Assembly (NCBI GenBank): GCA_045657165.1
Contig: JAZOSP010000067.1
Location: forward strand, 3,268-67,267
Length of the DNA stretch: 64,000 nt
Direction: 5' to 3'
DNA from: Eubacteriales bacterium
GTDB lineage: Bacteria > Bacillota > Clostridia > Oscillospirales > CAG-272
In this document: one piece after another, positions 23,364-34,300 of the stretch
Numbering within the stretch: the first letter of the stretch is position 1
Layout of the letters: every line of letters begins with the position of its first letter
Notes under the pieces: model-generated
What the model was told of the DNA's origin: nothing
The model's input: the letters and a program-made list of their open reading frames with translations, nothing else
The model's database searches: none
Made by a program: the position numbers and the translations under genes

Positions 23364-26081
23364 TTATTTTTGAGATTCTCTCTCCGCTTTTCTTTGCTTG
23401 TATTCCCTTACCAGCTCGTGAGGCCACTTGAATTTGAACTTACGAACCGCAATATCGAGAAGAACGAATATTATCGCGAGAATCAAGAAGACTATGCGCG
23501 GATCAACTTCCTTCTTGAGGGTTTTTGAAAAGCTCTCAAAAACGGTAGCGGGATCCTCTACCTCCATTCCCTTGCCGTCAAGCGCGAGAATCGACAAAAG
23601 CTCCGCGCCAAGCGGTATTCTTTCGGGGAAATAATTATACTCCTCGGAATAGGAGAACGTTTTATAAAGCACCTGCTCTGATAAAAGAGCGCCCGCGGCG
23701 TCAAGCTTTTTGATTTTGATTTCGTAAAGGCCGGGGTCCTTTATCACAAAGGTATAGCGCCTTTTAGGCTCTGCAACCTTAACCGCAACTCCGTCCTCAA
23801 GAACCGATATCAGCGATTCCGATAAGGGCGTTACCTCAACTACGACGTTCTCGTTTTCGAGGGCGCCGTGAATACTCAGCTGAGTCGTATAGTTGTCGGT
23901 CTTGATAACGTATTCAAGATCGTTAACTCTGACGTCTTCCATCGGGAAAATGCAGTTAATAATATTCGAGATGATGGTCTGACCTACCGAATCACTCATA
24001 AACTTATCCGACCATATTCCGCTAAGGTCGCACATAAAGCTTCCGACGTTACCCTTGCCGTATTGCCACTGTGCGTATATCGGAACGTACTTGCCCATAA
24101 GCGGAACAGCCGCACCGTTTTTGGCAACGGTTCCGTAATAACCTGTGAGCGGTGGAATGTCAGCCTGCTCAATTCCCGCAAGAACACTCGTGCGGTCATT
24201 GATTGTAGGAATAAATTCCTCGCCGTAGGCTATCTCGGCAATCGCCTCAAGTGCAAGGTCGGTCTGCATATACTCGGGAATCTTCTGGAATTCGCCGTCG
24301 GGGATATTGTAGAACTTTCCGCCGCCCTCGGTTGCCGTATTGTTCATCTTCTCCTTGAGAGATGCGTCAATGCTTCCAACCGTGATAATGGACATTGTGA
24401 TACCGTCCTTGACGTTATCCTGAATGTATGGCAGATAGGTTTCGTAGGAATCTCCGGGGTTACCGTCGGTTACCATAATAATGTGCTTGCGTTCAACGTT
24501 TTCTATGACAGAAAGCGCTCTGCCCGCGCGCATTATCGCGTCGGAGAAGATAGTACCGCCGCTTGCCGTGGTGTCACTTTCGATATCCTTTATCGTCTGG
24601 CGTATCGTATCCCTCTGAGAAACGGGAAGAATCGAAAGCTCCTCGCTCGCTCTCGTCTGGAAGGTCATAACACCGCAGAAATCGCGGTCGTTTAGCGAGT
24701 CAAGACAAGCCTCAGCACCCTGTACGGCTGCCGGCAGCTTACCCATGCTCATAGACGCTGACGTGTCCACAACTATCATTACGGCAATCGGGGGCGTGTA
24801 ATCTATCGCATTGATAGGCAGCATCTGCTTAAAGTAGGTTGAATTCGCTATATCATTTCTGTTATATGCGTGAGGAACGAGAGTACCGCCAACGGTGTCG
24901 TTCGGGCCACCGACGGTGAAAAGACCGCCGCCGAGATTATAAACGTACTCGTTTAGCGCTTCCTCAAAGCCCGCAGGCATATCGCTGTACGCCACGTTAA
25001 CGAGAATAACCTGCTCAAAGTCAACCAGCTCCTCGACGGATTTGGGAATTGCGGCAAGGTCCTCGTCAAGGCTGAGCGAGGTTACGTTATAGGTTACGTC
25101 AAGAAGCTCGGCAAGCCTCTTGCCCTCGTCCTCTTTTCTTTCAATAAGAAGAATATTCTCAAACGCCTCAAGGTTTATGAAGGTACGATATGAATTGTTC
25201 TGCAAAACGGTATCGTTTGGGGTCGAAATCTCGAAGGAAAACTCGTGCATTCCCCTCTCCTCGATAACAAGCCCCAAGGAAAGCGTTTCCTCCTCCTTGT
25301 TAACCATCGTGACCGTCTCGCCGATAAGCTCGCCGTTATCGTATGCCCTGATAACCACAGCCTGCTGCTCGGTGCCGAGATTGCTCTTGATGGTCATCTC
25401 GGTTATGAATTCCTCGCCGAGAATAATGCCCTGCTCAGGAGTTTTTACGTTAACTATCTGCATTTCGCCGTGGCTTTCATTGGGGAAATGCACCGTGTCA
25501 ACCTTAATTCCCTCAGCCGCAACGGCTTTGATTACCGAAACCGCGGCATTGTCGGTTTCGATTCCGTCGGAAAGTATAACTATCTTCGCCGTTTGCTTGT
25601 TTGTAAACAGCGTGCTCGCATACTTGATAGCCGACGCAATATCCGTTGCCGTCGTATCCGGGTCGTCAGACTCCATATACTGCTCAAACGCTCCCGACGT
25701 GTTATGCGAGAGCTCAACGACGTACTTCTGGTCGTATCCGAATTTAACGATTCCAAGCTTGTAGTCGTTATCGCATATGTTGATGACAGAGCCGACGAAT
25801 TCTTCCTTGCTTTGATCCTCGCCCGTGCCGCTGTCGGTCGAGTCAACGAGAAGTATCACCTCGTTTTCAAGATTCGGCAGCTCGTAGGAGAAGGTTATTC
25901 CCGCAAGAAGATTTATCGCAAGCACCATCGCAATCATATGGAACGCCATTGACAGAATTCTGTTCCTCGTGCGGCGGTACTTCTTAGCCGCTCTGAAATA
26001 GGGTAAAAGCGTCAGTAAAGCCGCCGGTATCAACAGCAGCAAAAGCCACGGATGGCTGAAATTTATTCTGAAATTAGTCAT
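23364..26081 (-). CDS. Membrane-anchored VWA-domain protein (Bat-like), 905 aa
   Basis: ORF track. The N-terminal BatA-type anchor reads FSHPWLLLLLIPAALLTLLPYF. The VWA domain has the MIDAS motif VVDTSASMS. There is a C-terminal TM helix. Confidence 0.8.
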   Translation of the reverse strand: MTNFRINFSHPWLLLLLIPAALLTLLPYFRAAKKYRRTRNRILSMAFHMIAMVLAINLLAGITFSYELPNLENEVILLVDSTDSGTGEDQSKEEFVGSVINICDNDYKLGIVKFGYDQKYVVELSHNTSGAFEQYMESDDPDTTATDIASAIKYASTLFTNKQTAKIVILSDGIETDNAAVSVIKAVAAEGIKVDTVHFPNESHGEMQIVNVKTPEQGIILGEEFITEMTIKSNLGTEQQAVVIRAYDNGELIGETVTMVNKEEETLSLGLVIEERGMHEFSFEISTPNDTVLQNNSYRTFINLEAFENILLIERKEDEGKRLAELLDVTYNVTSLSLDEDLAAIPKSVEELVDFEQVILVNVAYSDMPAGFEEALNEYVYNLGGGLFTVGGPNDTVGGTLVPHAYNRNDIANSTYFKQMLPINAIDYTPPIAVMIVVDTSASMSMGKLPAAVQGAEACLDSLNDRDFCGVMTFQTRASEELSILPVSQRDTIRQTIKDIESDTTASGGTIFSDAIMRAGRALSVIENVERKHIIMVTDGNPGDSYETYLPYIQDNVKDGITMSIITVGSIDASLKEKMNNTATEGGGKFYNIPDGEFQKIPEYMQTDLALEAIAEIAYGEEFIPTINDRTSVLAGIEQADIPPLTGYYGTVAKNGAAVPLMGKYVPIYAQWQYGKGNVGSFMCDLSGIWSDKFMSDSVGQTIISNIINCIFPMEDVRVNDLEYVIKTDNYTTQLSIHGALENENVVVEVTPLSESLISVLEDGVAVKVAEPKRRYTFVIKDPGLYEIKIKKLDAAGALLSEQVLYKTFSYSEEYNYFPERIPLGAELLSILALDGKGMEVEDPATVFESFSKTLKKEVDPRIVFLILAIIFVLLDIAVRKFKFKWPHELVREYKQRKAERESQK

Positions 26082-26096
26082 CTTGCCATGCTCCTG

Positions 26097-28007
26097 TTAA
26101 TAATTCTTTTTGGATTGAAGAATCCATTCAATAAACATCAGCGACACGAGCGCGATAGCAAAGTAGAAGAGCAGATCCAGATATTCAATCTCGGTTACCG
26201 CCTCTACGCTGGCAATCGGCAGCTGATCAATCTGCTTCGTTATATTGCTCTCCTCGTTAGGTATGCTAACGAAGAAGTTCTCTATAACAATGCTCTCTCC
26301 ATCCATAAGCTTTTGCGTAACGGTATACGTGCCGGGCTGGCTTGCCACCATCTCACCGGTCTTATTCTCAAAAACCGTCTCCTCGCCGTTGCCCGACACC
26401 TTAAGCTCCGTGCCTCTTGCAGTAAGCTCGACCGTATCGCCTATCTCAAAGGCGTTCGAGTCAAGGGTCGTCGGAATGTAGTAGTTGAACATATTGTACA
26501 TAAGGAAGGAGAAATCAGGCATTGCTATAAGGTTGGAGTAGTTGAGGTCGAACGCCCAAACAACAACCTTTGCCGTGTCCTCGTTCTTCGCGAGTATCAT
26601 CGGTCTGCCGTTATAATACGCAAGCTCCTCGTAGCCGTCGCTGGATACGATGTCGGTGTATTTTGCAATAGTAATTCTCGACGAATTTACGTAATTTGTA
26701 AGCTCGTGAGGCGTTCCCGACGCAAGCGTCGAGTTACTGTTTACCTGGTAGCTTCCGCCGAGCATTATTCCGGAGCCCTCAGGAGCCTTCTGCGGGTCAA
26801 CGAGCAGCACCAGACCGTCAGTAGGAATAACGTCGGGCATGCGGTGCTCGAAAATGTAGAAGTCAAAGCCCTCGGTCTCTGCCTTCTCGTCTGCCTTGAG
26901 CTCCTTGAACTCGATAGTCCAATCGTCCCTCATAGACTGGCGGATAGTACGTATTACGCCGCCAAAATAGTTGTTGGGCACCGAGCTCGCGTACTGAACT
27001 CTAATAGTCTGCTTCTGTCCGCCGTACAGGAAGAACGAGTTGTCATCGCTGAACGAATCCGAGACAGAAACGTAAACTTCAATATAATCAAAGGAATAAA
27101 GAGGCGCGCCGCCGAAATCGTCGGTGGTAAAGGTAATGGTCTTCTCCTCATCAGAGGGATCGAAGAACTCGGTCTTTTCAAAGGTTGAGGCAAATGCCGT
27201 AGCACTCGCTCCGTTTCCGTTTGCGCCGTGAACCTTACAGTAAACAGTCAGCTGCTCGGTTCTGCCGTAGCAGCCAAGGTTGATAGATATCTCGTAATGG
27301 TTGCTGTTATTATATTCTGCCTCACAGCCGAGAACCGCAGCGTTCCACTCGGTCTCGTCGGCAACGTTCTCGACGAAAATACCGTTATCCTCGATGTATT
27401 CGGTCGCGGTGTAGAAGTATATCTGTGCCTCGTAATTGTAGCGAAGCACCTCCTCTGCGAGGGCAACTGCGCCCTCTACGTCGGCAGAGCCGTAGGTGCA
27501 AGCACCGCCGTCTGCGAGAAGGGAGTCAAACGCCGCGTACACGTCATCGGAGCTGTCCGCTCCAAGACGCTGAACCATAAACTCGGGAGTATCGCTCGCA
27601 AGAATGAGCGATACGTTACCGCCGTTCTCGAGCGTATCCTCCGCGAGAAGCCTCGCCTCGCCAACCGCACGCTCAAAGCGAGTGCTCTGTGCATTCGAGA
27701 CAAGCATGCTTGCCGAGGCGTCTATAATTATTATTCTCTCGCCCTCGTCGCCGGTTTTCTCCTCAGCGATAACGGGCTGCGCAAGCAAAAGCGCGCAGAT
27801 GGTGAGTATCAAAAGCTGACACAAAAACACCAGCACGTTATTCAGCTTGTTTATCGGTATGCGCCGCTTTTTATATTTTAAGCTTAATTTCCAGATATAG
27901 GTACTGGAAATCATTTTCTGTTGGTAATTAGGCTTGATTATGTAAATAATTATTAGCACAATCACGCTAATTAAGCCTAAAAACCCTAAAGGTGCAAGCC
28001 AACTCAT
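26097..28007 (-). CDS. BatA-like VWA-domain membrane protein, 636 aa
   Basis: ORF track. The N-terminal aerotolerance-regulator-type segment reads WLAPLGFLGLISVIVLIIIY. MIDAS motif IIIDASASM and a C-terminal TM helix. Its ATGA start/stop overlaps the DUF58 gene. Confidence 0.8.
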   Translation of the reverse strand: MSWLAPLGFLGLISVIVLIIIYIIKPNYQQKMISSTYIWKLSLKYKKRRIPINKLNNVLVFLCQLLILTICALLLAQPVIAEEKTGDEGERIIIIDASASMLVSNAQSTRFERAVGEARLLAEDTLENGGNVSLILASDTPEFMVQRLGADSSDDVYAAFDSLLADGGACTYGSADVEGAVALAEEVLRYNYEAQIYFYTATEYIEDNGIFVENVADETEWNAAVLGCEAEYNNSNHYEISINLGCYGRTEQLTVYCKVHGANGNGASATAFASTFEKTEFFDPSDEEKTITFTTDDFGGAPLYSFDYIEVYVSVSDSFSDDNSFFLYGGQKQTIRVQYASSVPNNYFGGVIRTIRQSMRDDWTIEFKELKADEKAETEGFDFYIFEHRMPDVIPTDGLVLLVDPQKAPEGSGIMLGGSYQVNSNSTLASGTPHELTNYVNSSRITIAKYTDIVSSDGYEELAYYNGRPMILAKNEDTAKVVVWAFDLNYSNLIAMPDFSFLMYNMFNYYIPTTLDSNAFEIGDTVELTARGTELKVSGNGEETVFENKTGEMVASQPGTYTVTQKLMDGESIVIENFFVSIPNEESNITKQIDQLPIASVEAVTEIEYLDLLFYFAIALVSLMFIEWILQSKKNY

Positions 28008-28903
28008 TCTATGATACCAACCTTAAGCAATTCTTTGAAGAGCACCTTCTCGATAGGCTGATCGGTGCTGACCGTAACGAATGCGGCGCCGCGAGAATTG
28101 GAAAACTGTCTCAGATCCTCAACCAATGCGTGCATTGCCATCTCGTACGCTCTTTGCGATGCGCGGTCAATCTTCATTTTCATATTCCTCATGTCGGCAA
28201 CGTCGACCGACTCAGAGTCTATGAGGTTGACTCGTCCGGTATACAAGGGGTCGCGCTCCTCGGGCGTCATAATCTGCACGAGAAGGACCTGTCTTTTCTT
28301 ATAGCAAAGATAATCTACCGCCTTTTTCCATTCACTGTCGGTGAAGAAATCGGAAATAATGACGGTAAGTCCGTCGTTGTTGCCGGGGTTCGGAGAATTT
28401 ATTATCGACGCGCGAAGATCGCTGTCTCCGTCAAATTCAAGGCCCTCAAGAGTGCTTATAGCGTCAAAAAACGCCCTCTTTCCAACTATAGTGCCGAACG
28501 GATCCTCCGCCTTATCTTCTTTTATGAGCTTATAAGATACCTTGTCCATATTATGTACGCACAGATAGCCGAGGGCTGCCGCGATACCTACCGTATAAGC
28601 CGCCTTCGCAGGGTTATTCTTACCCATAGAAGCCGAGCAGTCGATGAATATCTGCGTATGCATCTGTCTCTCGTCGGTGAAAAGCTTTAGGAAGAACTTT
28701 TCAAATCGGCTATAGAGATTCCAGTCGATACGGCGGATGTCATCGCCAAGCATATATTCGCGGTAATCGGCAAACTCGACCGTCTGTCCGTAGGTTTTAA
28801 CAAGATGCTTACCGCCGAAAAAGCCCGCGAGATCTGCGCGAAGCTCCAGCGACAGCGTTTCTAAACGACTGAAAAACTCATCGTTTAAGTAAGAACCCTT
28901 CAT
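28004..28903 (-). CDS. DUF58 domain protein, 299 aa
   Basis: ORF track. The DUF58 signature is FADYREYMLGDDIRRIDWNLYSR. Its TAATG start/stop overlaps the MoxR gene. Confidence 0.85.
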   Translation of the reverse strand: MKGSYLNDEFFSRLETLSLELRADLAGFFGGKHLVKTYGQTVEFADYREYMLGDDIRRIDWNLYSRFEKFFLKLFTDERQMHTQIFIDCSASMGKNNPAKAAYTVGIAAALGYLCVHNMDKVSYKLIKEDKAEDPFGTIVGKRAFFDAISTLEGLEFDGDSDLRASIINSPNPGNNDGLTVIISDFFTDSEWKKAVDYLCYKKRQVLLVQIMTPEERDPLYTGRVNLIDSESVDVADMRNMKMKIDRASQRAYEMAMHALVEDLRQFSNSRGAAFVTVSTDQPIEKVLFKELLKVGIIE

Positions 28904-29997
28904 TATTTTCTCCCAAATAATTTACGCTTCTTTTCGGTAGTTTCCTCGTTTGCCGTGACGCTCTCGACCTGCTCTGCCGCGTCCTTCGCCTTCGGCTTCT
29001 CGTCTGCGAGCTTGCCCTTGCCCATAAGCTCGTCAATAATCATCTTAACTATCTCGTCTGCGGAAATGCGTTCTGCAACAGCCTCGAAGGTAAGCTTCAT
29101 TCTGTGTCTGAGGACGGGGTATGCAAGCTCGTTTACGTCACTGTAGGAAACGTTGTATCTGCCGTTCATGAGAGCCTTTACCTTTGCCGCGGAGATAAGC
29201 GCCTGACCTGCACGGGGCGACGCTCCGAGACGGACGTACTTCTTTGCAGCCTCGCTTGCACACTCGCTGTCGGGGTGAGTCGCGGAGCAAAGACGCATAG
29301 CGTATCTCATAACCTCCTCGGCTACGGGAATCTGATTTGCGGTAGCGCGCATTTCAAGAAGGTCGCTTCCGTTACAAGCAGCGTCTGCAACCTCTGCCAT
29401 CGTCTTCTGAGTCATATTAACTATGTCCATAAGCTCGTCAAGAGAGGGGTTCTTAACGATAATCTTGAACATAAAGCGGTCCATCTGCGCCTCGGGAAGA
29501 GGATAAGTACCGTCCTGCTCGACGGGGTTCTGAGTTGCAAGCACGAAGAAGGGCTCCTCAAGCTTTCTTGACACGCCCATTACCGTAACCGTGTGCTCCT
29601 GCATTGCCTCGAGAAGCGCCGACTGAGTCTTGGGGGTAGCACGGTTAATCTCGTCGGCGAGAATGATGTTAGAGAAGATGGGACCTGGCTGGAACTGGAA
29701 GGTGGAGTTGCCGTTGTCGTCCTTAACGATGATGTTAGTACCCGTTACGTCGGCGGGCATAAGGTCGGGGGTGAACTGTATTCTCGAGAAGGGGAGGTCG
29801 AATACTCGGCCGAGAGAGCGCACAAGGCGGGTCTTGCCAACTCCGGGCACACCCTCAAGAAGCACGTTACCGCCAGCAATCATCGCGATAACCGCGCCCT
29901 CGATAACCTCCTTCTGACCTATGACGTCTCTGCCAATCTGCTCAAAAATGTTTTTGCACTGCTCGCTGAATTTCTTGATGTTCTGTTCTGTTACCAT
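28903..29997 (-). CDS. MoxR-family AAA+ ATPase, 364 aa
   Basis: ORF track. VIGQKEVIEGAVIAMIAGGNVLLEGVPGVGKT (Walker A), ILADEINR (Walker B) and the conserved MoxR block FVLATQNPVEQDGTYPLPEAQMDRF. Confidence 0.9.
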   Translation of the reverse strand: MVTEQNIKKFSEQCKNIFEQIGRDVIGQKEVIEGAVIAMIAGGNVLLEGVPGVGKTRLVRSLGRVFDLPFSRIQFTPDLMPADVTGTNIIVKDDNGNSTFQFQPGPIFSNIILADEINRATPKTQSALLEAMQEHTVTVMGVSRKLEEPFFVLATQNPVEQDGTYPLPEAQMDRFMFKIIVKNPSLDELMDIVNMTQKTMAEVADAACNGSDLLEMRATANQIPVAEEVMRYAMRLCSATHPDSECASEAAKKYVRLGASPRAGQALISAAKVKALMNGRYNVSYSDVNELAYPVLRHRMKLTFEAVAERISADEIVKMIIDELMGKGKLADEKPKAKDAAEQVESVTANEETTEKKRKLFGRK

Positions 29998-30027
29998 TAT
30001 CTTTCTACCTTTATATTAATTAATTTT

Positions 30028-31164
30028 TTATATACTGTTATAATAAGTCTCGAAGAATTCGCGAAGCTCGGGAGGTATCTCTCCGTTTTGCTCGAAAATC
30101 TCAAGTGCCATCTGATAATACATATCAAGGTAATCTCTGTAATAGGTTTTTCCGTCGATAAATTGGTTTGAGTCCTCCCATTTACCGCCCGCGCCGACGC
30201 CTTGGCCGTCGCCCTTACCTTCGCCCTCGTCCTCGGTAGAGCCTTGACCGCCGTCGCTGTCGCCGTCGGAGCCCGAGCCGTCGCCCTTGTCGCCCGCGTC
30301 ACCGTTTTGCTCGCTGTCAGCGGCTGCCTCTCCGCCTGCGGGAAGGTCGTCTGCCTTGTCGCCCTCTTCGCCGCCTTGAGGTCCGCCCTCGGCGTCCTCG
30401 CCGTCCTCACCGTCTCCGTCTATAATTTCTTCAAATATAGCGAAAATCACGCGCTCCTCGGTTATGTTTCTATCGATTCGCTCGGTGGTTTCAAGACCGT
30501 CGTCCCAGCCGATGAACATCCAGCCGTCCTCCGCTACCGCAACGACGGGCGTCGCGTCCTCACCGGGCGCTACGAGCTGGTCTGTTTCGCCCTCGATTTC
30601 ACCGCCCTCGTCACCCTCAACAAGATAGGTAACGGGAATGTAATTAAGAAGCGGGTCGTCAGGCAAAATAACCTCGGGTCCGGGAGGAATTATATCATTC
30701 TCTGCAAGTCCCACGACGGTAGTCATCGTCGAGCCCAAAACCGCTGCAGCAACGGTCATGGCAACGACAAGCCTGCCAATCCTTATTCTTATCCGTCTGT
30801 TCTCTACCGACTTAAGGTGCTCTCTTGCATTCTCTCGCTGGAGATTTGCTATGTATGAGTCCTCCCTCTCGAGCTCGAGCATAGTAATCATACGCTCCTC
30901 AAGTCCGAGGCGGTCGACTCTCGCGGCAACCTCACGCTCCGTGGGCTTGAATTTAAGGAAATAGAGCAACATCGTGCTGATAACGGCAACTCCTATTCCG
31001 ACTCCTATCGCAAACCAAACTCCACCGAAGTCGAAGAGCCACGCGAATGCGGCAGCGAGGAAGTTAGCCCCAAATCCGATAGCAAGACCGACAAGACCTG
31101 CTTTTATAAGCCCCTCGAGAACGAGTCTATGATAATGCTTTTTGAATAATCTTTTTCCGTTCAT
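30028..31164 (-). CDS. Membrane protein with an extremely acidic Gly/Asp/Glu-rich segment, ~378 aa
   Basis: ORF track frame 30028..31308. I prefer ATG 31164 (MNGKRLFKKHY...) as the start. Two N-terminal TM helices and a third TM are followed by a B-repeat-like WMFIGWDDG segment. A ~90-aa stretch then reads DGDGEDGEDAEGG...GSGSDGDSDGG. I assign no family. Confidence 0.6.
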   Translation of the reverse strand: MNGKRLFKKHYHRLVLEGLIKAGLVGLAIGFGANFLAAAFAWLFDFGGVWFAIGVGIGVAVISTMLLYFLKFKPTEREVAARVDRLGLEERMITMLELEREDSYIANLQRENAREHLKSVENRRIRIRIGRLVVAMTVAAAVLGSTMTTVVGLAENDIIPPGPEVILPDDPLLNYIPVTYLVEGDEGGEIEGETDQLVAPGEDATPVVAVAEDGWMFIGWDDGLETTERIDRNITEERVIFAIFEEIIDGDGEDGEDAEGGPQGGEEGDKADDLPAGGEAAADSEQNGDAGDKGDGSGSDGDSDGGQGSTEDEGEGKGDGQGVGAGGKWEDSNQFIDGKTYYRDYLDMYYQMALEIFEQNGEIPPELREFFETYYNSI

Positions 31165-31383
31165 ATTTCTCTGTCTTTCATTCTTATTTTCACACAGCAT
31201 TTCGTGCAAAATCGAACGCAATATACTTAGGCACGAGCATATTGCGCTCTGTCTTGAACGAAATCTCTCTTTGGGCAGCGGGGCGCGCAAGGCGCCCCCG
31301 CCGAGCAAGCCGTAGCCGATTTTCAGGCTGCGGCTTGCCGCCCTTTTGGGTATTCGTGTTTCTTAATAAAGGATGATTAAAAA

Positions 31384-34300
31384 TCAGCTAACCTTGGTAA
31401 GAGTAACTTCAATAGTTCCGGTTTGATAGGAACTCCAATAACCTACACCAATGTAATAGGTTCCTGCTTCGGTGAAGGTGTAATTATAATTCTCCTCGTA
31501 ACCGCCGCCATCATATTTATTCTTAATCACGTTCTGATCTTCATCATAAATCCAAATAGCGTGGTCGCGGCTTGGACCTTCGATATGCTTAGTCGTAATG
31601 TTCCAAACCTCACCGGCATCAACGGTTACAACCAAGTAAACCTGACCGCCTTCGGTTTCCACAACACCAACGTACTGTCCGCCGGAAACACCCTCAAAGG
31701 CGAAGTCCATCGACTTACCTCTCATCTGCTCCTCAATCCACTCTGCTTCGGTGAGCCACTTAGCATAAAGAGTGGTCTTGGTAGCGCTGTAATAGCTGCC
31801 GGAAAGTGCCGCGCCCTCGAACTCAGCGTTGTCGTACCAGCCTACGAAGTACATATCGGTTCTCTCGGGAGTGGGAAGAGTGATGGTCATAGAGGTTGTA
31901 ATATCATCGTATACAGTACCGCCGTTGGACTCGAAGACGTAGGTATGCTCCTCACCGTCCCAGCCGAGGATGAATGCACAGTCACAATTCCAGCCGCTCG
32001 ACCAGGAAACGGTAGCGCTCTCAACGAGAATGGTAAGATTCTCACAGTCCTCAAATACGTCGTCGCCCATATAGACCTCGCCGACACCTGCGGGGATAAT
32101 TACGTTCTCAAGAGTCGTATTACCCGCAAATGCAGAGTCATAGAAGCCGTCAACGCCCTCGGGGATGGTGATTGCCGTATCGTCACCGATATAAGCAAGA
32201 AGATAGGTATCACCCTCATAATCGAAGAGAACGAAGTCGCCATCGGTAGTCAGTATGGTAGCGCCCTCGGTGGGTGTATACAGGTTAAGAGCGTAGGAAA
32301 CAACGTAACCGTAATCACCGTAATCGTCAAGCGTTATGGAAAGAGACGACTCGTTATATACCTCAACGAGCTTATAGCAACCGTAGAAGGCGTCGTAGCC
32401 GATTTCCTTAAGGTCTCTCGGGAGATTTACCGTATGGAGCTGATAGCAGTACATAAATGCGTACTCGCCGATATAGGTGAGTCTGTTAGGAAGAACTACC
32501 TCGTAGAGATTATCGCACCCACGGAACGCCTCATCCTCGATTACGAGAGGATCGGTGTCGCCTGCCTCAAAGATAACCTTGCGAAGGTAATCGTTACCGC
32601 TGAACAGACCCTCGGGTATAACGGTTATTTCCTTGGGGATAGTGATAACGCTGTCGGTCTTATTCGCGGGGTAAAGAACGAAGCCTGTCATATCCGCGGT
32701 GTAAAGAACGCCGTCAACTGCCGCGAAGTGCGAGCTGCCGCGCTCAACCTCGAAGGCGGATACACAGCCGTCGAAGCAGTTCGAGCCAATGGTCGAAACG
32801 GTTGCGGGAATAGTTACGGTCTCAAGCGCGTAGCAATATGCGAACATATAGCCGGGGAGCTCGGTTGCTCTCGTGTTGAGCACAACGGTAGCAAGCGACG
32901 AGCAGCTACGGAATGCCTCGAAGCCGAGCTGTGTCGTAGCAGCAGGGATAAGTATGCTGCTGAGCGACGTGCACTCCTCAAATGCAGACTCACCGATAGT
33001 GATTACCGACGAGGGAATCACGAAGTCGTCAAGAGCCGTGCACTGATAGAAGGTGAAGTTACCGATCTTTGTGCAAGCGGTACCGTCCTCAAAGATAACC
33101 GTAGTCAGCGACTCACAGCACTTGAATGCGCCGAAGCTGTAGCTATCTTCAAGATCCTTATCAGCAAGTTCCTTAACGCTTGCGGGAATGGTAATGGTCT
33201 CAATTCCCGTATAAGCGAAGGTGCCCTCGGGAATAGCCTCGAGCCTTGAGCCGGGAGCAAAGGTAACTATCTTAAGGTTAGCACATCCGCTGCCATCTCT
33301 GTTAGAGTTATTGCTGAAGGTGTTTTTACCAATGGTCCTGAGGCTTGCGGGGAAATGAACCTCAACAAGCGAGTCACAGTCGGTAAACGTCTTGTCGCCG
33401 AGAGAGAGGAGTCCCTCGCCGAAGGTCACGCTCTCAAGAGAGTAGCAGCCGTAGAATGCGGCACTGCCTATGCTGACTATGCCGTCGGGAAGAGTTACGC
33501 TGACAAGATCGGTGCTATAGAATGCCATCTCACCAATAGCAGCGAGGTTAATATTCTCGGCGAATTCAATCTCTGCAAGAGCCGAATTGTAGAACGCCTG
33601 CTCACCGATCTCGGCAAGTCTTGCGGGAAGCTCTATGCCCGTGAGAGCAGAGTTGTTATAGAATACCTTGTTTCCTATAACCAGCGCATTATCGCTGTCG
33701 TCAAGAGTCACGGTGCTAAGTCTCGAGCAGCCGCTGAACGCCTCGTTATCGATAAGGATAACGCTGCCGGGAACGTTAACGCTCTCAAGATAGGTACAGC
33801 CCTGGAAGGCAGCCTTGCCAATCTCAAGGAGTCCCTCGGGAAGGGTTACGCTGACAAGCTCGGTGTTACCCTTGAATGCACCGTCTGCAATGTACTTAAC
33901 GCCGTCGGGTACAGTGTAGGAGGTGGCGTCAAGAGTTGCGGGATAGTAAATAAGCTTTGTACCGTCGGCGCTGAACATTACGCCACCAACGAGTATGAAG
34001 CCTGCGTCAGTACCCGAGCCAATATTAATGGTCGAGAGATTGGGGCAGTTATTAACTACCGAGCTGTCAAAGCCGACAAGCCCAGCAGGAAGGCTGAGAA
34101 TTGCAAGCTCGGAGCAGCCGCTGAATACGTTTTTACCAAGAGTCTTTAAGTTGTTGGGAAGAGTCATTTCTATGATGGTATCACACTCAGCGAACGCCTC
34201 GTCTCCGATAGTCATATCATTCTCACCGCCAACGAAGGTAACAGCCTCGAGAGCTGCACAGCCATAGAAGGCTCTATCGTGAATTTTGGTTACTGTTGCG

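Noticed and set aside
23868-28690. Plus-strand ORFs antisense to the VWA and DUF58 genes (23868-24695; 25245-25952; 26052-27188, 378 aa; 27228-27881; 27992-28690)
   Set aside because: These are shadow ORFs opposite genes with clear family signatures (MIDAS motifs, DUF58 signature). They have no RBS and Arg/Val/Leu-rich, nonsense-like sequences.
29997-30858. ORFs 29997-30410 (minus, 137 aa, Ala/Thr/Arg-rich) and 30202-30858 (plus, 218 aa) over the acidic-tract region
   Set aside because: They are alternative-frame readings of the GC-rich Gly/Asp/Glu-coding repeat. The 30028-31164 frame has TM helices, a sensible start and operon context, which these frames lack.
31270-31345. GC-rich hairpins (GGGGCGC-GCAAG-GCGCCCC at 31280-31298; GCGG-CTTG-CCGC at 31330-31341) downstream of the giant LRR gene as a terminator
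   Set aside because: No T-run follows either hairpin on the minus strand, so they do not fit an intrinsic terminator. They may affect RNA stability or processing in the 220-nt gap, but I cannot support a specific call.
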